From Balanoglossus misakiensis (lineage: Eukaryota > Animalia > Hemichordata), in contig CM082579.2 in assembly GCA_040954595.2 (NCBI GenBank), positions 10,529,625-10,593,624 on the forward strand: a stretch of DNA of 64,000 bases, given 5' to 3'. This document shows positions 30,413 through 43,400 of the stretch, in pieces (position 1 is the stretch's first letter; each line of letters begins with the position of its first letter). A program made the translations under genes and the position numbers. The notes beneath the pieces were generated by a model. That model was not told the DNA's origin. It was given only the letters and a program-made list of their open reading frames with translations, and did not search any database.

Positions 30413-33400
30413 ATGGTTTCGGCGACTGCTAAACTTTGTATTGCGACGGGATGTGGAATTTTAGTGTGTGCCCTAGGATTTGCTCTAATTCCAATTTTTA
30501 ACCTGGTAACCCACAACACCATTGAAAAGGTAAGAACAAGTCTAGGTCATTTATCGTGCTATAACTGCAACAGACGTTTTCAGGTGCACTGTAGAGTGTC
30601 GACCAAAGACAAACAATTCACATGACTTATGATATTTATACAAATACTGCTGGTGACTACAAAACTTAATTTATGTAAATTGCAAAGAAGGGCGTGACAT
30701 GAAGCAGATATGGTCTAAGTCAATCGATTATTTCTCCGATACATTTTTTGTTAAAATCGCCATCATTTAAATTCAATCCATAAAATTTCAACCGTGATAA
30801 TTCGATAGATATATTAAGGAAATGTCAACTATGTTTACATTCAAATGTTCTCGTCCTTTCAATCAATCAAAAGGTTAAATTTTTCTCGAATATTACAATA
30901 TGTGTCCCCTTCTTTTTATTATTATTAACTTAAATTGTCAGGGCGAATATATCCGAAATTGAAATCAGTGTATAATTGTATCCTTAAGTAGGCTGGTGCA
31001 TGCACTCTTGTATGTGAATAATATTGTGTATACGGACGGGGTCAAGGGTTAAAGGGGAGGGAGTACATGTATATTTTGAGCAATTTTTGCCATTTTTGGT
31101 CAAAAATAGTTTTCTCTAAAACCGAACATTTGAATTGTTTTTCTTTTCTAGGAACTTATTCTTGTCAACACATCTTATATATACGACAGCTGGAAAAACC
31201 CCAGTGATCCTGTCTACATGCAGTATTGGTTTTGGGATCTTCAAAATGAATATGAAGTCATCAATGAGGGCGCTACACCAATAGTCATAGAAAAGGGACC
31301 TTATACCTACCGGTAAGAGTGTGTAGTAATTTGGTGTTGCTTTCCCGGTCCCGTTTCGCCTGATCACGCTGATTCAAGGATACTTTGCCTCAACATATCA
31401 GCTATGCCATTCACATTAACGTTGGCCAATTAATGAAGAACTCACAAAACACTGACTTTCATGAAATTCTTGGCATCGGTTCGGGCCATTCTAGTTTCCC
31501 ATGACAACCAATGTCTCCAGTCTGACAATGGGATTGACCTCAGTGCGTCCCAATCACAAACTGCTTTACTACTGCAGACACACTTTCAGTCAAACGGGCT
31601 ATTAAATTCCCCGTGTCCATTTAGAAGAGTTGATTTGTTTGTCTAACATTTGAAAAATAAAGTTGGCCAACAAATTCAACATTCAAAATGTTCGATTCTT
31701 TGTCAAAAAACGTCAATCTTGTGTCAGTGACTCCATCCATCCGTCATCTCACCTTTTCAGAGAAAGTCTGCCGAAAAGGGATGTTGTCTGGAATGATAAC
31801 GATACAGTATCCTTCCGAGAAGTAAAGAAGTATACATTCGTGGCCAATATGTCTGTTGGATTTGAAAATGACACCATATTAGCCATAAATATCCCATTAG
31901 TGGTAAGTTTATTGTCATAGTTGAGATTCTACCTTCAATGTCAAGAAATTGCGTGACAGCATCAAATATTCCACGTCGCAAGTTGAAATATGTTCAATGA
32001 CTGGTTGTTACAACGTAAATCGCACCCTGTGTATGGATTCTATGATACAACATAGGAATACTTTGATCGTTTAGTTTTTGGTCTAACTCATCAACATATA
32101 GCATTGTTATGTATTAGCTTTCCGGTTTTAGTCTCATCAATAGTGTCTGAGTCGTGTCGCGAATATCAATCGACGTTTGGTTCCGTTTGCAGAATGGGGC
32201 ATGGGAAATTGATAAGATTCGGCCAATGTTGAGCCAAATTTGCTTGAAGTTCGGGGGAAAGGGTTCATACCAAGGAATGCGCTAACGTGTTCATAACCTA
32301 TACCACTACCATTTTCTTTTAAGACCGTGGTCAACATGGTTAACACCATGCCTGGCTTTATTCAGAAGATTGCCGATTTTCTGGCACAAGTCATGGACGA
32401 GAAACTGTTCAAAAGGTTGACTGTTAAAGATCTACTATGGGGATATAAGGATCCTATATTCAGCTTGATTTATAACTTCACAGGGACAGAGTTCGTACCT
32501 GGTCCAAATTTTGGTCTTTTTCAAGGGGTAAGCAGAATCACAAATTTTTATTTTGTACATTCTACATGATAATGTTTATTTCTCGGATTAAACATATCAC
32601 CCCATGTCTCCAGTTTGTCGCGTGTGACTGAATAACATTTCAAATGAATTACTGCACGGTGCACGGGTGTGGTTTTTATTTGACGTAGGGATTTGTATCG
32701 GGTTCACTACAAGATTTACCTACATGTTTAGGTTGGCATCTTGTAAGTAACACGTGCTGTATTCTAATCAACGTCATACTTTTCACTCACGCAGCAAAAT
32801 AATAGTGACGATGGTGTATATACCGTTTTCACCGGGCAGAAGGATATCTCAAAGCTGAACATGATCGACCGATGGAAGGGAGAATCTAAACTATCATTTT
32901 GGTCAGATGACTATGCAAATATGATCAACGGCACCGGTAATAGATTGCACAATTATATCACCATTTTTAAATGTCTGTATTTCAAATTTGTCAATGTGAT
33001 GATATGCTCGATACAGCTTGTACACAATTCAAATTTGAACAGACTTTTTTGTCAGCGAATTCGAACTACTAAGTTGGTGATTACTGGCTGCAGAACACGT
33101 TGATATAAATACTTTTGACATCAGCCTCGTCTCAAGTTTATATGAAATCAAATACATGTATACATTATCCTTGCAAATTGATATTACATAGACTGTAAGC
33201 TTATAGATGCTGGTGAATTGACTACTCATCGGAATAAATGATCCCCATTTTATGGTATTACTAATAATTGCCTTCGGTTTAATTTTCAGATGCAACATTG
33301 AATCCTCCATTTTCTTCTCCGTACGATGATCACTACGTATTTGACTCTGCCGCTTGCAGGTCAGTAAATTACACGTCCAAGTCATCTGCGAATTATTACT

Positions 33401-36359
33401 TCAGTCCAAGATAGATTTCGTGATAAATCTCTCAATGCACAAGCAATATTCCCTGTCCCTGACATAAACCCGGTCGTGTTTTTCTACAGTGAATGCGCGA
33501 GGTCTCTCCACCGTGACACCCAATATGTGGACACGTACGTTGAGGAAGCGATTCTATGGGAGTTAGAAGATGTTCTCGGGTTTTCGATGCATTTTGTAGG
33601 GTTGTCTTCCCGTTTCGCTATGTTTCAGTATTTTTGTTCTGTGTACATACATGCAGTTTATCATTCAAATTGTTGAAACATGATGAACTAGTATCCAGCT
33701 TATTAACACGAACTATAAAGATATAGTCAGTACTGTTATTGTTAATCTTCAGTCCTTTCACCAATTAAATTTCACATAATTTAACAAACACATTGTCGTT
33801 TTTTAGAGTTTGTGTTTAATGAAATGCATGTTGTTATTGTTTTTGTACTCAGGTCTATACCAGGGAAATATGAGAATGTACCTTTAAGTGTGCGTGGCAT
33901 AAGTGTTGATCGGTTCAGTGCCCCATCTGATGTGTTTGCTAACGTCTCCGATAACCCAGCAAACGCTGGATTCTGTACCCCGGATGTCCACCACTGTTTA
34001 CCTTCCGGCTTTCTGAACGTGAGCAACTGTCAACAAGGTTAGTGCTCTTTCCGTGCGAATTTTCAAAGGCAACCTTTTCTGTAGACTTGCTCCAAGTCTA
34101 TGGGCTTCATTATGTGTAGGGAACGCGTAGGCCCATCCGAAACCACAAGCTCCGTCCCAAATTCGAAACTCACCTCACTACCAAAAACACGCTCAAGGCA
34201 AGCATGCACGCAAAAAAGTATTGAAATTATTTATTAAGACAAAAAAACACCGAAAACACAAAAAGGTATTGAGATTTAAAATCACCAAGCGACTAGTGGG
34301 CTAGTCTACCTTTTCTGCAGACTAACCCACCTGTCGCTTGATGATTTTTTTGTCTTATAACGATTCATGGTTATTCGGTTGATCGACGTCTCGTAATATA
34401 TTTACTCGTTACTTTTCTTGTGTTTCGGTACTGCACTGAGTTTCGAATTCGGGGCTTAGCTGACGGTTTCGGTTTAATACTGCCCGCCTACGCGAGACTT
34501 GGGGCAAGTCTACCATTCTGTCATATTTCCGCAAACCGCGTTTTTTTGCGTTAACTGGATGCGTTGAGTCGTGACAAATCAGCCAGCAATCCAAGCCACA
34601 AATTATGCAACTGCGACTGAAATTTATTGCGTAAAATAAATACAACCGTGTAAAAAGGATAACTAAACTGCATGAAATTGATCAAAAAGTATATTAGGGC
34701 ACCCTAACATTTTAAAGAAAAATCCCAAAACCCATAAACGTGATCGTCACCCAGTAATATTCTGTGTATTAAAATGTACTATCAACAGGTGCCCCAATCG
34801 TTCTATCTTTGCCACACTACCTGAACGTTGACCCAGCCTATGTCCTACCAAACATGAAACCGTCCAAGCAAGAACACCAAACATACGTAGATGCTCACAG
34901 AGTAAGTTTGCCAAATCCACGCATGCGTTCCTGTTGTTATGTATATAGCTGCACATCAACGTGTCTGTCAATTCATTAACTTGACGTGATTTGTGTTTAT
35001 TAGCTTCTTTACTTCTTTCTAACTCTGCTTTCTCTCAATCCAAAGGAAAGTTTGAAATGTAAGCATTCCAGCCATAAAATGATTTGTGTTTTTATTTTTT
35101 ATTTTAGTTAACTGGAGTGACTATGCGAGCGGCCAAACGTATGCAAATCAATGTCCATCTTCTGCCAGATAAACACTTCACGTAAGAGTCAATGTTATGA
35201 AATGAAAATAAGATATCACGGGTTGTATTGGTTCATCAAAAAATTAAAAAATCAGTCGATAATTATTTCCGAAGTACGCAAAGATGTTCAGGCATTACAT
35301 GCATATACCTACTTCTAAGTACTCGGAGTTTGCCAATTTGGAGATGGAATTATTTCGGTAAAATGCCAGTGACCCAAGGTACTAGTTTAGAAATCTAACG
35401 GTTTAAACATTCCTTTTTTCGTTCGGCAGTGATCTCCGTAAAGTGCCCGAAGTGTACTATCCAGTACTTTGGCAGAATGAGGTAACGTGTTAGTTCAATG
35501 CTGGCAATGGATGCGATTGTTTACACATCTTCGGTAAATTCTGATCACACGAGTATCGGCCTATTACCAATGATTCAAAAAGCTATAATCACGGTTAAAT
35601 TATAAACTCTCGAATCTCGTGACTATGAAAATGAATGATAGAATATAATGGTAGGTAGGTAAGATTAATGTATTAACTTTTAATTGCAGTCCTATGAAAT
35701 CGATCAAGCTGATGCCGATGAATTCAAAGCCAAAGTTGTAACACCAGTGACTATCACACACATTGTTCCGTGGGTTGTGCTTGGTCTGGGTGTGTTGATT
35801 TTATTTGTGGTCATAATAGTGACGTTGGTCAGAGCGCGGAAATCCCAAGATTGCAACTTGAAGGTGAGCTGACGGTGACATCGACTTGATATGTGATGAG
35901 GCTATGACTTTATTACCAAAACTATTATTATATAGGCCTAGGCCAACTAGCCAAGTGTTTTCAAACGTGTCTGTCTGTGGTCCATAGAATATCAGCAATC
36001 AATAAATTGAAAGCAGTGCTAGAGATATGTGGAGTCTAAGCGGGGAATCAAAAGGAAAGTAGGCATAGAAATCAATGTCGATGGAATACCATGGATTTAC
36101 TATAGGCCTAACAATTGTATCACGAGGTCTCTGATGTATTGACAAGGGTTGATCTGGCATAATTTTAAATGTTGGTCTCCAAATGTTTTCATTTGAATAG
36201 GGCAAAACCTATGAACCATTGAAGAGTGAACATGGTGAATCGGAAGGAGATGATAAATCTGTCAGATCCCAAGAGGAAAGTGATAACAAGACAGAGGAGG
36301 CACAGGATTCATCACGTGACACGCCAACTTTGGTTCAGGAGCATGCGCAAATCAATTGA
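30413..36359 (+). CDS. SCARB2: CD36/SCARB family scavenger receptor, paralog C (more divergent, long acidic tail), about 530 aa
   Basis: Exons 30413-30529, 31152-31312, 31761-31902, 32324-32527, 32795-32936, 33290-33359, 33853-34037, 34789-34901, 35108-35181, 35430-35481, 35690-35863, 36201-36359 (1593 nt). Motifs EKGPYTYRE, LLWGYKDP, ANMINGTD, CLPSGFLNVSNC, SLPHYL, AAKRMQIN. Confidence 0.9.
34082..34308. mobile_element. Short-TIR non-autonomous element (TAGACT..AGTCTA), perfect 9-bp TSD
   Basis: TSD CCTTTTCTG at 34073-34081 and 34309-34317. An inverted homologous copy lies at 63077-63274. Confidence 0.85.
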
Positions 36360-37101
36360 TCACGGGTTGTCATATCACCAAGACCCCAAAGGTCCCGTAT
36401 CACATGACAGCCCTGGAATGATTGCGTTATGAGGAAGTGTACTGTTTTATCATCTTTGCATTGTTCATACTGCGACAATGTTACAATGCAGCACTTTTGT
36501 TTGAACATGCTTTGTGCGAGATTTAAATCATTTTGTCAGGGCTGGAACATTAATAGTTACCTGCAAAATATAAATATAAACATTCACTGAATCTAACTAA
36601 CACAGTGAATGCAATGGAAGTCGAATTTTACTTTCTTCTAACTTTATATTATGAATATCGAGAACACTTATTTGATATTACCAGCAAGCATTTTCAAGAG
36701 TTTTAAGAATTGTCAGATACAGAGAAACTAAAACTCGGCAAAGCCAAAATTATTGCTAAAGCTTTATTGGAAACGACAGTCCATACTTTACAAAGTACGC
36801 TGACTGCCTATAGCTTTTTTATGTCTTCAACAATTGTGTGAGTACAGGTATTTTCAGAAACCGGTGTAGTGTGTTTTTTTATCTTTTATTTTTGTGAATC
36901 CTGATTAACTCGTATGAGAATCAATGTATTATTATTTAAAGTGATGAATCAGCCCGTTGTGGCTTGTTGTACTACATTTAAGTCGATGAATAAATATATC
37001 TATCTATTTATTAAGTGGGTGATTGTGTGATTGAAAAATTGTGTCAGTCTCATGGGAAATATCTTCACACCTTCAAAATGTATACTTTGTCAGTCATGTT
37101 G

Positions 37102-37161
37102 TAGCCTGGTCTCCATACCCAGTGTGTGAGTAGATAGACTTGTGTGTGAATCTAAAACACA
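37102..37161 (+). mobile_element. Truncated copy of the TAGCCTGG palindromic family upstream of MTMR2
   Basis: TAGCCTGGTCTCCATACCCAGTGTGT..TAGATAGACT..ATCTAAAACACA matches 39343-39427 but lacks the right arm. Confidence 0.75.
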
Positions 37162-37357
37162 TTATTCATGAGCTAGTTCTAACCCTATAACCCTATAAAC
37201 ATTGATTTTTTACATGGTGGTACCCTATACCTATGGTACTTGCGTCGTCCAGCACCCCCCCCCCCCCCGTTCCTATACTATAGTCACTGTAGATAGACCG
37301 AGCGCCCCGCCCAGCCCCGTGAGTCTATATTAGAGAAAAGAGATAGCGAACAAATAC

Positions 37358-37370
37358 ACAACATGGCGAC
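37358..37370 (+). promoter_or_regulatory. Candidate YY1-type site (AACATGGCG) in the MTMR2 proximal promoter/5' UTR
   Basis: ACAACATGGCGAC lies about 90 nt upstream of the ATG, downstream of GC-box-like CCCCGCCC (about 37305-37312). Motif match only. Confidence 0.35.
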
Positions 37371-37455
37371 TGCCGTTTGAATAAAACAGGGAGTTCCGCA
37401 AAAATAATTGAAAATCGCGGCATTACCAGGATATTTCACAGAACCCGAAGTCAAA

Positions 37456-40400
37456 ATGGAAAGAAAGGGTAGTCAGGAACTCCTTGATGATGAAAGACGT
37501 GTTGGTAAACATTCTAGGCAGGCAAGTGGAGGAAGTTTGGACTCTCTATCGAGTAGCGAGAGACCGTCTTCCAAATCGCCCACTTCAGCTTCCTCGGGAT
37601 CTCAGTCGCAGGAGAATTTGCAAGCCCAGGAAATGAAGGTAGGATGTGATGCCCAGTTGAGTGGTGATTGTGTTGTGTGTCGATGACTTCCGTGTTATCA
37701 ACATATCACACGACCGGTGTCATGTCTGTGTTGTTACGTCGTGATATTCGGTTGACGCGCGAGTATCATCACAGGTAGCTGCAGTGATTGTAGCGGTTGC
37801 TGCTAGGTGAAGCGATCGTATCGCCTGCCTTTGCTGCTAGTTGACGATCTTGCAGTACGCAGCACAGTCGCTTGAAAGCTTTGTTGCGATCGCCTATGTG
37901 CAGCTTTCAAGCGACTGTGGTACGCAGTACAATCTGTGTGCTGCGTACAAGATCATCAACCCAGCAGCGCCCACGATCAGCGCAGAGAGCAGTTCTCATT
38001 TTAATTCACACATCAATACTATGGTCAGAGATCACCATCCCTCGAGCAGGCGTCAAATCATGATACGTGTATTGCCCTCGGTAACATATGTTATTATTTA
38101 AATATTGACTTCAATTGTAATCAGATTTAGTTGAAATCTTCATTCATTCCACTTTACGCTGATAATGATAGCACAGTTTTTACCTGACAAATACACAAGT
38201 GTGTTTTGTCGAAATGTCGTCGAATAAAGATCTTATTCCTATGTATTAGCACTGGTTGAGCTGACTCGCCTGTCACTCACCTATTCTTTCATGCAAGTAA
38301 TAATAAATGTTACATTCTTATCATAGGTTTTACGTGATGCTAATAGTAAGTTAGCACAGCCAGATGACCCACCTTTGTTGATTGGTGAGCATATACATGC
38401 AATAGGTGGGTCAATGTTTTTTTACTGTTTCTACTGTGACTGAAGTACATTGTGTGTACATGTACGTGAATCTGATTTTGATGCCTGGAGGATAGATGAC
38501 TGAATTGTCTACTACACATGTACATGTACATGTAAAACATGTAGTACGGTATGCACTATCCAATCCCATGAAGCATACATGTACGTCTAACTCAGGGTCA
38601 AACAAATTCTGACACCAAGGTGATTTACAGAATGTCTGAAAAATGTATCAGACATTTACGTGTAAATTTGTAGCATGATCGAAAACAAACAGACAAAAAG
38701 CCATGAGAGCAATGGTTGAAATAGCTGCATGCAAACTGTGTGTTGTATATTAAGATATGTAACACGATGATATTTTGGACCGAAACTGTTTCTCAATTAT
38801 CTTTACAGCTAAAGATGTAACATATTTGTGTCCATTCACTGGGCCTGTGAGAGGAACACTGTCTGTAACCAATTACAAATTGTTCTTTAAAAGCTCAGAT
38901 AGGGTAAGTTCTCATTGATTGTACTTTGTAGACTCTATTCCTTGCACATTATTGAACTGGTAATGGTATTGAAATACTTATATATAATTCCCCCGTATTT
39001 CGAACGAGTGTGCCTGCGTCGCAGACGAGTGATTCCCCGTATAGCAGCCGTATCCATACAGCTATACGGGGAATCACGAGTACATTTTGACATATGGTTA
39101 ATTTCGACAAAATGTATCAGAGTATCCAGAAGTTTAAATGCACCAGTAGAACATTTGATACATGTGTCTGTTGTACACGGATAACAAACCACTGATGTGT
39201 ATTCTTGGATTCATGTAGGAACCTGCCTTCATAGTCGATGTACCCCTGGGTGTGATCTACAGAATTGAGAAAGTTGGTGGATCAACAAGCCGAGGAGAAA
39301 ATGCCTATGGTTTGGAATTGTTTTGCAAGGTATGGTTTACTGCAGCCTGGTCTCCCATACCCAGTGTGTTTTAGATAGACTCTAACACAAGTGTATCTAA
39401 AACACACTGGGTATAGAGACCAGGCTAGGTTTACTGCTCAAAAAGCTATGATTTTCAGTTCTGCAAAATAGATTTTTGTGACAACCCATCTATTTTCTAA
39501 TTGTTGTCAGTCATTCTTGTCGCCCAAGGCCTGTCGTGGCCTGGCCTCATAAAGAAATGAAATGTGCTTGTTTATAAAACTAGGCCTTCCTTTACCATGT
39601 CAGTTCAAAAGTACATAGTGTAGATGTCAAACTTGTAGGCATGGAATTAAGATGTTTTACAGTATTTTCTCTCTGTAAAGTGACACATTAGATTTGTGAT
39701 GATTAATTCTTATGGGTTAGGGTCATATTCCATATCTTCCTCGTAACAACCATAACCGTGACTCAGTTTTCATCATCCACAGGATTTCCGTAATTTGCGA
39801 TTTGCACACAAGCAAGAGAATCATTCAAGACGACTTGTGTACGATAAGTTGCAGATGTTTGCTTTTCCTATTTCAAATAAACTGGTAAGCAGTCCGACGG
39901 AACCACACAGACAGTTGGTACCATACCACTCAAAGCTTTCATAACATTTTAGTCAACTCATCGCTCCATGTTTCATGTGACCAGTTCGCAATTTGTTTCT
40001 TCCATCCTGTTTCAAACAGTTTATGTTATGAGTACAACATGATTTCCGTCAGTGTTCTTTAATTAAATCTGTAGATCCAGTGGGGACTAGGTCATTAACA
40101 ATGACTTCTTGTTCATTCCACAGCCACTCTTTGCATTTGAATTTAAGGAAGACTTTGGTGAGAATGGCTGGACTGCATTTGACCCAATGGCAGAATATAG
40201 ACGCCAGGTCAGTTGCATGTATCCCTTACTTTCTGGTATCAGCTACCCCCCATGCACAATGTATATTTATTAAAAATTAATTTTACTGACTAGTGACTTC
40301 ATAGGAAGTGATATTATCAGTGTTTGTCTGCTGATACATATGTAGTCTTCTTTGCTCTGGGACGAACACTGAGTGTCACAATAATGGCTGCAAACATGTT

Positions 40401-43400
40401 TACTATGTTTGTGTATTAAAGTAAATATATTTTGAATTTTCAATTATGCGCCATCATCAGTCTGGTAAATATTTCTTAGTTTATCTAACAAGATAGAAAC
40501 CAGTTGTAATTTTTGAATTGCTGTGCTTCCCGTATACCATAACATATTGTATTGAAATGAAACATTATTTTGCTGATTTTCAAAAAAGTGTTTAATTGTT
40601 GACTCATTCAGATCATATCTTGGTGGGGTTTTTTTTCAGGGTCTGCCCACAGAAAGTTGGAGAATCACTAAAATCAACGAAAATTATGAATTTTGTGAAA
40701 CCTATCCTGCAGTGGTAAGTATTTGTTGTGACAATTGATATCTTTGCTTATAGTGTTGCAAATATGTGACATGTGTACATACTTGTAGTGGAACATGTAA
40801 ATCATAGATTAAAGAATTCAATTAATAAGGCAACCTTCCAGCTAGAAGTTAACAGTAAAAAAACGTGCTTGCTATTGACTGCCAAGTAGCTGAACAGCTC
40901 TGATAAGCCATCACAAAAGAGTCTAAATAGTGGATTGATCCAGTGTACTCTGGGAAACCAAATGCAGAACAAAACAGATTATTTCATGTGCCAGTAGAAT
41001 ATGGATAACCCATGTTTCTTTCAATGGTGGACATGTGTACATGTAGTCGGACAATTGGGAATGTCAGATTCAAAGTCATGCTAGCTTGTTTGACAGTGCT
41101 CACAGTTTACTAAACAGCGCAATGGACATGAATTCATCTGTCAGTATCAAGAGTCCTACGTAAGACATTGATACAAGGCTTCAGTGGACCTCTGCAATTA
41201 CCTGGCTTAGTCTGGATACTATAATATATTTTGAACTGAAAAAAATGCTAGTGAAATGCTGTTTTGATGTCACCCCAAAAATCAGTGAAAGGATTCTAGA
41301 TTTGGGTACAATTTGCTCTATAGCGCTCTCGCCTAGCGGCTCCTGCTATATGTCGTGAATTGTACTCAAATCTCGCGTACACCCATCTTCGTTAATTTGG
41401 TAGGGGTTCTTGATTAATTTGTGTATTTTTGATATTCAGCTTGCCGTACCAGCAGCTGCAGATGATGATGAACTCAGGCGTGTGGCTGCATTCAGAAGTA
41501 GAAACAGAATACCTGTGAGTATTTCAATCTTCTCTGATCAGAGTCACTGCTCTCTCTCTCTCTCTCCTAACAATAGGAAATTTTAGTGCAGCAGAACTAA
41601 CACTGATGATTTGGAGTGCTGTACTCACTTTGTGTGGCATTTGTCAAATACAAGTGGCAGTGTGAGCCGTTTTTCACAAACTGTATACACATTGACCAAG
41701 AGGTCTTGATGCAAGACTCTCACAGCCCACAGTTCACTACAAGACTCTTTACATGTTGCACACTGACATGCCCTCAACAGTTTAGCAAAAGAGAAGCCCC
41801 ATATGGTGTTGTATAGTGAACTCTCGCCATTGAGGGCACACACTTTTCATTAAAAATCTCTGAAAAAAATTGAAACACACACATAATACAGTGTAGATAT
41901 CACCGCTGAAAGAATTCAATATGATTTGCTAGGTGTTGTCATGGATACATCCTGAAAGTCAAGCAACCATCACAAGATGCAGTCAGCCAATGGTTGGTGT
42001 TGGTGGCAAGAGAAGTAAGGATGACGAGAAGTACATTCAGCACATACTGGATGCCAACGCACAGTCACATAAATTGGTCATAATGGATGCTAGACCAAGT
42101 GTCAATGCCATGGCAAATAAGGTACATTGTATGTCTTCATTCTTCCTTGCCATTTTCACCACAGTATGGTACAATCTGAAAGCTCCTGTTTTGCTCGTTT
42201 GATTGATGAGCTAATTATATCAATGTATCATTTGTATGCATGGATCATTCAATTGAATTGGAATCACTTTGAATGTTGTTTTATTTGATGTTTTACCCAA
42301 TTTTGTTATGAAAAGTTGGATGAAAAAACTCGCCAAAATGAACAATCGGTCTGTACCATTTATTCATATTGGCGAGATATGTACTGTCATATCCTACAAA
42401 CAGGATGGAAGTTGTGTGGTTGAACGTTGATTCACTATATATCCACTTGAAGAATAACATAAACAGTGTCTTGTATCAAACTTAATTAATGGAGAAAGGG
42501 CAGCCAAAGAGAGACTTTGTCCCTTTAATGACTGCAAACTTTTCACTTTCACTTTCACAGGCCAAAGGAGGTGGTTATGAAAGTGAAGAGACTTACCAGA
42601 ATGCTGAAGTTGTCTTCTTAGACATCCACAACATTCATGTCATGAGAGAAAGGTTTGTGACTTATCAGCAGCTCATGCTGGACCCTAGCTGATGTTTGTC
42701 AGAATTTTTATGTTGTCGGTTATCTACGGTTTCTTGTTATTCTTCCAAAAGTATAATCGAGTCGTTTCATCGGAGTTTTCTTAAATTGCTGATATAATCT
42801 CATGCCCCTGGTCACCAAATGATTGGCAAACTGACTCATTATGACCAACTGTGTATAAGAGTTAGCTGTAAGCATCCAATGTTCCTAAAAAGAAAGTAGT
42901 TAATGTCACTTATATTTGAATAGTTAATTGTGAAACAAAGTCATTTAATAAGTCGCAGCGGTATTATAAGTCGCAGCCCTTCTTTGAAAGACTTGTGTGG
43001 GAGGAGATTTTTAGAAAATGGAAACAACAGAACATTGGTATTATAAGTCGCACCCCCTTTTCGGCACACACTGTCACTCATAAAAGGCGCGTCTTATAAA
43101 ATGACTTTAACGGTATTGCCGATATCACAGCACTTGATAAGTATACATAGTTGACATGCTGAACTTTTGGCAATTTAGACCTTTAGTTTTGGCAAGTAGA
43201 ACAAGAAAATATAGTTTTTTTGTAGAACAATAGAGTGAAATAATCATCAAAAGTTACAGCTACCATGCCTTTAAGTATCAAATAGTGGAGTTAGCTGTGA
43301 GTCTTTATCAATATATCAAGTGCTGTTGCTTTCAATATACTACAACCACTATAATGATGAGCAATCTGTCTATTCCTGACACAGTTTGCGCAAACTGAAA

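Noticed and set aside
37178-37198. Telomere-like TAACCC repeats
   Set aside because: Only two imperfect units, compatible with chance.
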